Shown here: positions 1 to 8,790 of the stretch, one piece after another | Layout of the letters: each line of letters starts with the position of its first letter | Position numbering within the stretch: the first letter of the stretch is position 1 | Source: Octopus sinensis | Taxonomy: Eukaryota | Reading direction: 5' to 3' | DNA length: 17,833 nucleotides | NCBI RefSeq assembly: GCF_006345805.1 | Contig: NW_021824745.1 | Span: forward strand, 1-17,833 | Made by a program: the position numbers and the translations under genes | The notes under the pieces: model-generated | The model's input: only the letters and a program-made list of their open reading frames with translations | The model's database searches: none | What the model was told of the DNA's origin: nothing

Positions 1-93
1 ATGCATACATACATACATACATGCATACATACATACATACATGCATGCATGCATACATACTTACATACATACATACATACATACACACACACA
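1..93. repeat. (ATAC)n/(ATGC)n microsatellite
   Basis: Direct reading of tandem ATAC units ending in (AC)n. Confidence 0.95.
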
Positions 94-246
94 TTCATAG
101 GTTTTGTTAGTAAATGCTTAAAGGAGACTCTGGATCAACTGGGATTTTCAGAAAGAGAAATCGAGCGGCTGATTCGTACATTTCATGTCCAATCTGTGAG
201 CGGAACAGTAAAAATATGCAAGACTTTTCTCAAGTTCCAAATGTGA
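94..246 (+). pseudogene. C-terminal fragment of an RLE-type non-LTR retrotransposon ORF
   Basis: Frame 1 reads IGFVSKCLKETLDQLGFSEREIERLIRTFHVQSVSGTVKICKTFLKFQM*, resembling the terminal helices after the GALG motif of restriction-like-endonuclease LINEs. Confidence 0.65.
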
Positions 247-339
247 ATTTGTTTGTGTTAACTACATCCCAAAGACAGAGCTTTGAATCTTTGTTGGAAT
301 TCGGAAACTTCCTTAGTGGAAGATTTATGATAATTAAAA

Positions 340-524
340 AGTAGAAAACACCTACATACACAACACAGTATGGTAGACCTCAACAAAATGTTAAGCGCAA
401 CAGACCTGATATAGTGATTTGGGATAGAGAAGAGAAACTGTGCACAGTCGTGGAACTTAGCCATCCAGCTGATGTTAACGTAAAGCTGAAGACCAGCGAA
501 CATGAAAATACCTACGCTGAACTA
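340..524 (+). pseudogene. RLE endonuclease core fragment of a non-LTR retrotransposon
   Basis: My translation gives TSTKC, a +1 frameshift near 390, then KRNRPDIVIWDREEKLCTVVELSHPADVNVKLKTSEHENTYAEL, which carries the PD..(D/E) RLE motif. It is cut off by a SINE at about 522. Confidence 0.8.
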
Positions 525-617
525 TAGTAGAATACACTTGCCCAAGGTGCCACGCAGTGGGACTGAACCCGGAACCGTGTGGTTGGTAAGTAAGCTATTT
601 ACTACACAGCCACTCCT
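522..617 (-). mobile_element. 5' fragment (tRNA-like head and start of CORE-like domain) of SINE family A
   Basis: Reverse complement is nearly identical to 4880-4975 (AGGAGTGGCTGTG...GGTTCAGTCCCACTGCGTGGCACCTTGGGCAAGT). Confidence 0.9.
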
Positions 618-735
618 ACAACGTTCAAAAAAATTTTTTTTTTCATGTGATTATAAACTATTCACGCGGACAATATTGTTAGTGCCGACCATAGCATACA
701 AGTGGGCGAGGATCCACATTATAAATATTATATAT

Positions 736-773
<38 letters not shown>

Positions 774-777
774 ATTT

Positions 778-943
778 AGAGACAAACAGCTATTTAGTTA
801 TTCCATCAATAGTGAAAAGATGTTTGATGTTTGTTATGAGATATTTAGAATAATAATTATAAGATATTTAATTAATTTCTATGTGGTGTCTATAGATAAT
901 ATCTTTTCACCATTGATGGAATAACTAAACAGCGGTTTCTCTC
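778..943. mobile_element. Small MITE/foldback with about 46-bp terminal inverted repeats
   Basis: 778-823 AGAGACAAACAGCTATTTAGTTATTCCATCAATAGTGAAAAGATGT pairs with 898-943, with a few mismatches and an AT-rich spacer. Flanked by (TA)n on the left and (CT)n/(TA)n on the right. Confidence 0.75.
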
Positions 944-1026
944 TCTCCCTCTCTTCTCTCTCTCCCTCTCTCTTTATATATATCATATATATTATATTAT
1001 ATATATATATAGTATATATAATATTA

Positions 1027-1208
1027 TGATAGATCGTTAGCCACTACACATATTTTTTTCTCTCCTTGTTTTTCTCTATCCCTTTCTGTAGAAGAGCGTA
1101 GGCTCGAAAACGTAAAAGACTTATTCTATTCCTGAGCGTTATATACTAATACATCATTTGTTTTGTACACCACCCGTCATCGTCTTTTGTTTTTCCGTAA
1201 ACTCTCCC
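1027..1208 (+). mobile_element. Repeat family H2 unit 1 (putative Penelope-like terminal-repeat derivative) embedded in (TA)n
   Basis: Similar copies at 1387-1558, 17018-17167 and a partial copy at 2586-2640. All end in GTAAACTCTCCC followed by a TA-rich microsatellite. Contains a hammerhead-like motif. Confidence 0.7.
1082..1118 (+). ncRNA. Variant minimal type I hammerhead-like motif (H2)
   Basis: CUUU-[CUGUAGA]-A-GAG(cguagg)CUC-GAAAA-CG-UA|AAAG gives stem I CUUU/AAAG, stem II GAG/CUC and palindromic ACGU stem III. The core differs from CUGANGA (A6 to U) and has one extra A in GAAA. Confidence 0.45.
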
Positions 1209-1314
1209 CATACATACATATATATATATATATATATTATATATTATATATATATAATATTATATCAATTATATATTTATATATATAATATATATAATAT
1301 ATATATATATATAT

Positions 1315-1386
<72 letters not shown>
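1209..1386. repeat. (TA)n microsatellite spacer between H2 units
   Basis: Direct reading. Confidence 0.95.
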
Positions 1387-1388
<2 letters not shown>

Positions 1389-1558
1389 ATAGATCGTTAG
1401 CCACTACACACATTTTTTTCTCTGTCCCTTTCTTGCAGAAGAGCGTAGGCTCGAAACGTAAAAGACTTATTCTATACCTAAGCGTTATACTAATACGTCT
1501 GTTTGTTTTGTACACCATCTGTTTTCGTCTTTTTTTTTTTTTTTTTGTAAACTCTCCC
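1387..1558 (+). mobile_element. Repeat family H2 unit 2 with hammerhead-like motif at 1428-1464
   Basis: Head-to-tail copy of 1027-1208 with starts 360 bp apart. Motif reads CUUU-CUUGCAGA-A-GAG(cguagg)CUC-GAAA-CG-UA|AAAG. Confidence 0.7.
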
Positions 1559-1793
1559 TACATATATATATATATATATGCGTGTGTATGAGTGTGTGTA
1601 TGCATATGCATATATGTGTATGCATGTATGCCTGAATGTCTGTACGTGTGTATAGTTCATAGAAGAGATATGGACTCTGTATCTACAGCATATGAAGAAA
1701 ATCCTTGAGTTATGGTTTACATTCAGACAGATATGCATGCATAACACAGACATCTATAGCCATATCTATATGCATCTTACTATTTACATGTGC

Positions 1794-1839
<46 letters not shown>

Positions 1840-1890
1840 GTAAGTATATATGTATATATGTATACATATATGTATATATATATATATATA

Positions 1891-2293
1891 TAACATAAGG
1901 GACTAAAGCCATCTGAATATGGCTAGGGACAGGGCAGGGTGGTGGGGGTGTTACTGTTGCATTTAGCCCCAGGCGAACATCGACGTCGCTAGATAGGCTT
2001 GACACCATCACGGTGTCCTTTAACCTGCAAAGGGAGATAATTCCCCGATGAAGCGGAAACCACACACGGACCATGGTTTCAAGGTGTATTGCCTATCGTC
2101 AACGTGTGGTAGCCTCCGCTTCCTCGACGAATCCTCACTGCAGGATATCTCCCTTTGCAGGTAAAGGACACCGTGATGGTGTCAAGCCTATCTAGCGACG
2201 TCGATGTTCGCCTGGGGCTAATGCAACAGTAAAACCCCCACCACAACCCTGCATGTCCCTAGCCATATTCAGAGGCTTTAGTCCCTTATGTTA
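1891..2293. mobile_element. 403-bp foldback element/MITE with about 148-bp near-perfect inverted arms
   Basis: 1891-2039 (TAACATAAGGGACTAAAGCC...CCTGCAAAGGGAGATA) is the reverse complement of 2146-2293 apart from a few small differences. Both ends carry TA, and the left end abuts a (TA)n tract. Confidence 0.85.
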
Positions 2294-2341
2294 TCGAGCA
2301 GTTACTGTCTATATCTCTTTTAGAGAATTATTATTTGCTAT

Positions 2342-2378
<37 letters not shown>

Positions 2379-2585
2379 CTATATATATAATATATTGTGT
2401 GTGTGTGTGTGTGTGTTCTTACTATTTACATGTGCAGTATATATATATATATATATATGTAAGTATATATGTATATGTGTATACATATATGTACATATAT
2501 ATATATATATATTTCATATATATATATATGTAATTTACTATTTACATGTGCATGTATATATATATACGTATACATATATATATAT

Positions 2586-2640
2586 GTTTCTTTTGTACAC
2601 CACCTGTCTTCGTCTTTTGTCTTTTTCCGTAAACTCTCCC
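2586..2640 (+). mobile_element. 3' fragment of repeat family H2 (no hammerhead part)
   Basis: TTTTGTACACCACCTGTCTTCGTCTTTTG...GTAAACTCTCCC followed by (TA)n matches the 3' third of the units at 1027 and 1387. Confidence 0.75.
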
Positions 2641-2910
2641 TATATATATATAGTGTGTCTGTTTGTGTGTGACCCTCAAAAACGTTTGCACACATTGAGT
2701 GATTATAAAATCACTGTTAATTAAAGCTCATTTCATTTCAAAACTTGATTGAGTCTACAAACAACTTAATTTTTTATGAATGCCTCTTTTCCAACTGATG
2801 ACCGTTTTGGTTCTGGCACTGCTGATAATGCGAAGCAACAGAATCGCAGACGTCAAGAAACATATCGTCGCTGGCATTTTGCCTAAATTTCAAATCGATA
2901 TTACTACGAC

Positions 2911-3090
2911 TGGCAGAATCGGGCAGAATCATTAGCAAGCCGGTCTAAGTGCTTAGCAGCATTTCGTCCGTCTTTACGTTCTGAGTTAAAATTCCGCTGA
3001 GGTCGACTTAGCCTTTTATGTTTTCGAGATCGATTTGGCACTGAAGTCGACTCCGAAATTGCTGGCCTTGTGCTAAAATTTGAAACTAAT
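2911..3090 (+). mobile_element. tRNA-derived SINE family B, decayed
   Basis: GGCAGAATCATTAGC...GCTTAGC...TTACGTTCTGAGTTAAAATTCCGCTGAGGTCGAC...GCCTTT matches 5312-5450 and carries an internal deletion. Confidence 0.8.
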
Positions 3091-3170
3091 ACGAGTATTG
3101 CTCCAACTGTTCTGCAAACACCTTTAGTAAAAGAACAAAGCGGAAGTTTTATGAATAAAACTGGGGTCTG

Positions 3171-3320
3171 ATATTGGTTTTAGATTTTGGAACAATACCA
3201 ATAAAATCGGAGGATGGGGTAAATCGATTAGATCGATCTTGCTTTTCAACTGATGCGTATTTTATCCATTCCCAAGGAATGAAAGATAAAGTCGAGCTCG
3301 ACGGCATTTGAACTCAGAAA
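3171..3320 (-). mobile_element. SINE family B, decayed 5'-truncated copy
   Basis: Reverse complement reads TTCTGAGTTCAAATGCCGTCGAGCTCGACTTTATCTTTCATTCC...GATAAAAT...GATCTAATCGATTTACCCC. Confidence 0.7.
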
Positions 3321-3407
3321 TTTCAGTCGGAAGAAATGCCGCTCAACTGGAATCTAATATTAACCCATATAGGCCCATAAAAAATGAAGTCTTAAAATTT
3401 CACTGTA

Positions 3408-3923
3408 TCTCTATATCTATAAACGGCAAAATGTCTGTGTGTCTGTGTGTCTGTGTGTCTGTGTGTCCTTTATACAAATCCACAGTTTTCACGTAAAAGG
3501 CCTGCATTTTCTATGGGCTTTTAAAACTGTCTGAGGGTGGTCGTGAAGATCTTTTCATTTCCCCAGTAACCCCCAGAAAGCTATTAAAAACATCGATAAA
3601 CCGTCCCCTTATGCCCATAAGATATTTTGCGGCAAAATTCGATTTTTTTGTCTTCTTCTGCCTCCTTTTTTGTCCGGCGAATGGCATGTGCATAGCCCCG
3701 CTAATTTTCCATGATTATGCCGATATAGGTGTGAAAACCAAAGTCCAATGAATATCAATTACTCTCATAAAAAGCTCCAACTAGCTCATAAACTACAAAA
3801 CTGGCCCGGGCTGAAATGTGATAAGAAACTTAGCTCTTGATTTAGTGAGAATTTTTTACTGCGACCCGGCAACGAACAACAAGCACTAGCACTAGACCCG
3901 GCAACGCCGGGTCATAGTGCTAG
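3408..3923 (+). mobile_element. Non-autonomous Helitron
   Basis: 5' end A|TCTCTATATCTATAAA, an internal (GTCTGTGT)n microsatellite, a 3' GC hairpin GACCCGGC-AAC-GCCGGGTC (3895-3913), then CTAG|T at 3920-3924. It is inserted between A and T with no TSD, which are the Helitron hallmarks. Confidence 0.85.
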
Positions 3924-4108
3924 TTTAGATTAAACGTTATGGTAAGCTTTCACAATCTGGAAGAGAAGAACAGTATGCAATTGTTAGCTACGGGTGTCGA
4001 CTCCCTACTGAACATTTCCTATGCTCCATTAGATGCTTCCTGGTGAGTTCATGTCCAAGCAAGTAGAAACAGGTTTTGCATTGCGAAAGCGCAAACCATG
4101 GGTATATA

Positions 4109-4310
4109 TTCTTTTACTCGTTTCAGTCATTTGACTGTGGCCATGCTGGAGCACTGCCTTTAGTCGAGCAAATCGACCCCAGGACTTATTCTTTGTAAGC
4201 CTAGTCCTTATTCTATCGGTCTCTTTTGCCGAACTGCTAGATTATGGGGACGTAAACATACCAGCATCAGTTGTCAAGTGATGTTGGGGGCAAACACAGA
4301 CGCACAAACA

Positions 4311-4371
<61 letters not shown>

Positions 4372-4372
4372 A

Positions 4373-4405
<33 letters not shown>

Positions 4406-4575
4406 TACACATACACATATATATATACATATATACGACGCCCTTTTTCTAGTTTCCGTCTACTAAATCCACTCACAAGGCTTTAGTCGGCCCGAGGCTA
4501 TAGTAGAAGACACATGCCCAAGGTGCCATGCAGTGGGACTGAACCCAGAGTCATGTGGCTCGTAAGCAAGCTACT
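4109..4575 (-). mobile_element. SINE family A (CORE-SINE-like, octopus OR2-like), near full length with expanded internal (CA)n
   Basis: Reverse complement aligns by eye along 4895-5270. The internal microsatellite is expanded at about 4300-4400. Confidence 0.9.
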
Positions 4576-4874
4576 TGGGTTCTTTGCGAAAAAGAATAAC
4601 GTTTATAGATTAATTATTTATATATATTTATTTTTTTGCGGGTATTTATTATTGTTATACTTTTTTGCTTTTTCGTTAATTTTTCTTTCTTTTCTTTACT
4701 TTTTCTTCTCCATATTGGCAGAAAATATGTGAAGGAAAAAGACCCCATCTATCGATTGTCTTCCCCTTTCCTAACCGGCATGTATCTTTCCCTCTATGTG
4801 AGGTGAGCTGTGTTACAGGATATTGTCATTATTGAGTGCTGAATTAGAAATGCAATAATGATAATATATATACA

Positions 4875-5296
4875 GGCGCAGGAGTGGTTGTGTGGTAAGT
4901 AGTTTGTTTACCAACCACATGGTTCTGGGTTCAGTCCCACTGCGTGGCACCTTGGGCAAGTGTCTTCTACTATAGCGTCGCGCCGACCAAAGCCTTGTGA
5001 GTGGATTTGGTAGACGGAAACTGAAAGAAGCCCGTCGTATATATGTATATATATATATGCGTGTGTGTGTTTGTGTGTCTGTGTTTGTCCCCCTAGCATT
5101 GCTTGACAACCGATGCTGGTGTGTTTATGTCCCCGTTACATAGCGGTTCGGCAAAAAAGACCGATAGAATAAGTACTGGGCTTACAAAAGAATAAGTCCC
5201 GGGGTCGAGTTGCTCGATTAAAGGCGGTGCCCAAGCATGGCCGCAGTCAAATGACTGAAACAAGTAAAAGAGTAAAAGAGTAAAAGAGTAAAAGAG
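4875..5296 (+). mobile_element. SINE family A, full length
   Basis: Pol III-like A box (TGGTTGTGTGG, 4885-4895) and B box (GGTTCAGTCCC, 4928-4938), ACCTTGGGCAAGT CORE-like motif (4949-4961), internal (TA)/(TG) tract and (AGTAAAAG)x4 tail. The family name is from memory and needs a Repbase/Dfam check. Confidence 0.88.
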
Positions 5297-5311
5297 TATA
5301 TGGGTCTTAAA

Positions 5312-5900
5312 GGCGGCGAGCAGGCAGAAACTTTAGCGCGCCGGGCGAAATGCTTAGCGGTATTTCGTCTGCCGTTACGTTCTGAGTTCAAATTCCGATG
5401 AGGTCGACTTTGCCTTTCATCTTTTCGGGATCGATAAATAAAGTACCAGTTTCGCACTGGGGTTGATTTAATCGACTTAGTCCGTTTGTCTGTCCTTGTT
5501 TGTCCTCTCTGTGTTTAGCCACTCGTGGGTAGTAAAGAAATAGGTATTTCGTCTGTCGTTACGTTCTGAGTTCAAATTCCGCCGAGGTCGACTTTGCCTT
5601 TCTTCCTTTCGGGATCGATAAATAAAGTACCAGTTTCTCACTGGGATCAATATAATCGACTTAATCCGTTTGTCTGTCCTTGTTTGTCTCCTCTGTGTTT
5701 AGCCCCTCGTGGGTAGTAAAGAAATAGGTATTTCGTTCTGAGTTTAAATTCCGCCGAGGTCGACTTTGCCTTTCATCCTTTCGGGATCGATAAATAAAGT
5801 ACCAATTTCGCACTGGGGTCGATATAATCGACTTAGTCCCTTTGTCTGTCCTTGTTTGTCCCCTCTATGTTTAGGCCTTTGTGGGCAGTAAAAAAAAATA
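5312..5900 (+). mobile_element. SINE family B trimer (one full head plus two 184-bp head-less repeats) with 15-bp TSD
   Basis: GGTATTTCG recurs at 5359, 5543 and 5727. TSD TATATGGGTCTTAAA (5297-5311) versus TATACGGGTCTTAAA (5901-5915). The central GCCTTTCATCCTTTCGGGATCGATAAATAAAGTACC resembles the Meta-SINE domain as I recall it. Confidence 0.85.
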
Positions 5901-6138
5901 TATACGGGTCTTAAAATTGTGAAAACCAATTTCAAAAACTCAGAACTCTGCTTTCGGTATTGAGTAACACTTTTTCAGGAAAGTTGCCTTAAACTGCAAA
6001 AAGAATTAACGATAAATTGAGAATATTATGGTAAAGTTGTAGTGCGTAAGATTTGTAAGATTAATAAAATTCTTTAGAAAGAACAAGACATTCCTCACTA
6101 ATGACGAATTCTTAAAGCATCCAACAGAAATTTAATTA

Positions 6139-6283
6139 ATACAGTTCTATATTTAAGAGATGGGGAATTATGTACTTTATTTACATTATTTACATTTGAC
6201 GGATATTTGTGCTCATCTTGTTTGTTGTTAACACAACGTTTCGGCTGATATACCTTCAAGCTTTCATCAGGTGTCTTGGGGAA
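6139..6283 (-). mobile_element. Repeat family H1 (putative Penelope-like terminal-repeat derivative), minus strand
   Basis: Reverse complement matches 8831-8935 over about 105 bp and carries the hammerhead motif. Confidence 0.75.
6230..6275 (-). ncRNA. Minimal type I hammerhead ribozyme motif (H1), stem II degraded
   Basis: GACAC-CUGAUGA-A-AGCUU(gaagguauau)CAGCC-GAAA-CG-UU|GUGUU. Core and stem I (GACAC/GUGUU) are intact, and stem II has two mismatches. Confidence 0.6.
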
Positions 6284-6366
6284 TGGCGTAGTAGGTGCGT
6301 AAGTAGCGCCGTAGTTTAAGAGCGCGAGCTTCTAAACACAAGAATAGTCGATTCCAGGCTGTGACA

Positions 6367-6368
<2 letters not shown>

Positions 6369-6415
<47 letters not shown>

Positions 6416-6619
6416 TGATAATAATAATGATGATAATAATAATAATATAATAATAATATGATAATGATAATAATAATAATCATAATAAATAATAATAATA
6501 ATAATAATGATAATAATAATAATAATGAAATAATAATATAATAATAATAATATAATAATAATAATAATAATGATGATAATAATAATACTAATAACAATAA
6601 TAATAACAATAATAATAAC

Positions 6620-6669
<50 letters not shown>

Positions 6670-6673
6670 CAAA
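6369..6673. repeat. About 300-bp (AAT)n microsatellite with AAC/GAT variants
   Basis: Direct reading. Confidence 0.97.
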
Positions 6674-8754
6674 CTGTTCCCAGAAGAGCAGAAAGTATGT
6701 CGCAAAGGCTCATATGGCTGTAAAGATCAACTAATGATTAATAAAGCCGTAACTGAAGACAGCCACAGAAAGAAGAAAGGCCTCAGTATGGCCTGGATTG
6801 ACTACAAGAAGGCGTTTGATAGCATCCCCCACATATGGATCTTCGAAACACTAGCCATTAACAAAGTAGCACCAACAATCATAAATTCATAGAGCACTCT
6901 ATGAGTAAATGGCAAACAGTCCTACACTCCAAACAAAAAAAGAGGGACTCATGAAAACCAAAGACATCCCCATTAGAAGAGGAATATCCAGGGAGACACG
7001 CTCTCTCCACTCCTTTTCTGCTTGGCACTGTCACCTCTATCTGATATGCTAAATAGAATGGATGCGGATATAAATGTTACGGCAAAACGATCAGCCACCT
7101 TTTATATATGGATGACCTAAAACTATACGCTGCAAATGACAAACAGCTGGAAAACTATTAAAGACAGTTCATGGATTTACCAAAGAAATAGATATGAAAT
7201 TTGGATTAGAAAAATGCGCCAAAGCAACCATGAAAAGAGGAAAACTAGTAAGAGTAAACATCACACTAGATAAAACCAATGAAATAAAAGAATTAGACCA
7301 AAGCCAAACTTACAAATACTTAGGAATCCATGACTAGATAAGACACAAACACACAATGAAAGAGAAAATAAAAAAGAATATTATAGACGAGTTATATCAA
7401 TACTAAAACAGAGCTCAATGCTAAAAACAAGATAATAGGTATCAACACTTAGCTGTCCCAGTTATAAGTTACAGCTACAATATCCTTAACTGGACACGAA
7501 ATGAACTGTCCAAAATAGATAGGAAAAAAAGAAAAATACTGACAGGATCTAGGATGCATCACCCAAAATCTGACATAGAAAGACTATATATACAACGTAT
7601 AGAAGGTGGTAGAGGCCTTATACAGCTGGAAAACTACTATAAAATAACCACCATAGGACTGCAAAAATATCTACTTCAGAAGGAAGGAAAACTGATCCAG
7701 ATAGCAGCAACAAAACACGAGCAAAAAAAAAAACTGTTCTCAGTATTTAGGAAGCTGAAATACAAACAAGAAAACATACCACCTAATAAACACAAAGAAG
7801 AAGAAGAAGATGATGAAGAAACAACAACAAAGCTATAAAACAAATGAAATCCAAATTAAAAATAGAACAGCAACGAGCCATGATAAAACAATGGCAAGAA
7901 AAGCCCCTTCATGGTAAATACTGCACTAAACTAAACGCAAAAGAATAGACAAAGAAAAATCCCAGCAATGGTTGAGAAGCTCAGGACTCAAAGCAGAAAC
8001 AGAGGGATTTTTAATTGCAGCACAAGACCAAAGCCTCCCCACCAGAAATTACCAAAAACATGTAATGAAAAGAAATATTACAAGTAACTGCAGAATATGT
8101 GGAGATGGACAAGAAACAATAAATCATATTATCTCTAGCTGCCCCCAGTCCTGGCTAAGAAGGAATATATTCACAGACATGACAGAGTTGGAACCTACAA
8201 CACTGGAAGCTATGTCAACATTATGGAATAACAACAGAAAAAGATGGTATAGGCACACACCAGAAAAGGTCACAGAAAACGAGAAAGCAACCATACTCTG
8301 GGATATGCCGATACACACAGATAGAGAAATTAAGGCCAACAGACCAGATATAGTTGTCAGAGATCATGAAGAAAAAAAATGCATTCTAATTGATGTATCA
8401 ATACCGGCAGATGACAACGTGTCTCTAAAAGAAGTGAGAGAAACTCTCAAAATACAAAGACCTGGAAATAGACGTAACTAGAATGTGGAATCTGAAAACA
8501 GAAACAATTCCTATCATAGTAGGTGCATTAGGCATGATAAAAAAATATTAGACAAAATACAAACAAAAACACCAGGACTTACAACACATATAACATACAG
8601 AAAATTGCACTACTAGGCACTGCACACATCCTACGCAGAACACTTTCCATACAATAACCATCAGAGCATCACAACAAATCACAGCACATACCCAAGGCAC
8701 ACAGAGCTGCGCTCGGTAGTGAAGTGAAAGCACGCTATAAAAATAAAACTACTG
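6674..8754 (+). mobile_element. 5'-truncated, frameshifted R4/Dong-like non-LTR retrotransposon (RT + CCHC + RLE endonuclease + 3' UTR)
   Basis: Motifs EEQK.CRKGSYGCKDQL, WIDYKKAFDSIPH, QGDTLSPLLF, YMDDLKLY (7105-7116), FGLEKC, YKYLGI, HPKSDIERLY..R..GGRGL, CRIC...H....C (from 8089), NRPDIV...IDVSIP (from 8338), IVGALG, stop at 8655-8657. (AAT)n lies on both sides, the known target of Dong elements. Confidence 0.93.
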
Positions 8755-8790
8755 AATAATAATAATAATAACAACAACAACAACGACAAC

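Noticed and set aside
2795-2860. CTGATGA as another hammerhead core
   Set aside because: No stem II followed directly by GAAA, and no stem I partner.
2780-2935. 51-codon ORF with a signal-peptide-like start (MPLFQLMTVLVLALLIMRS)
   Set aside because: It is short, its end lies in a SINE head, and the opposite strand gives an equally plausible hydrophobic peptide, so it is consistent with chance.
3989-4048. Possible small exon (TAG acceptor ... CTG|GTGAGT donor)
   Set aside because: Weak polypyrimidine tract and no recognisable peptide, so it cannot be supported without RNA data.
5359-5900. CRISPR-like regular repeats
   Set aside because: These are 184-bp contiguous SINE units with no unique spacers, in a eukaryotic context with no cas genes.
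6316-6705. 129-aa poly-Leu/Ile/Tyr ORF, and similar IYIY, THTH and NNN ORFs across the window
   Set aside because: These are translations of (AAT)n, (TA)n, (CA)n and (ATAC)n microsatellites and carry no coding signal.
7972-8481. 169-aa ORF as a functional endonuclease gene
   Set aside because: It is a fragment of the frameshifted LINE ORF and itself switches frame after the CCHC motif, so it is not independently functional.
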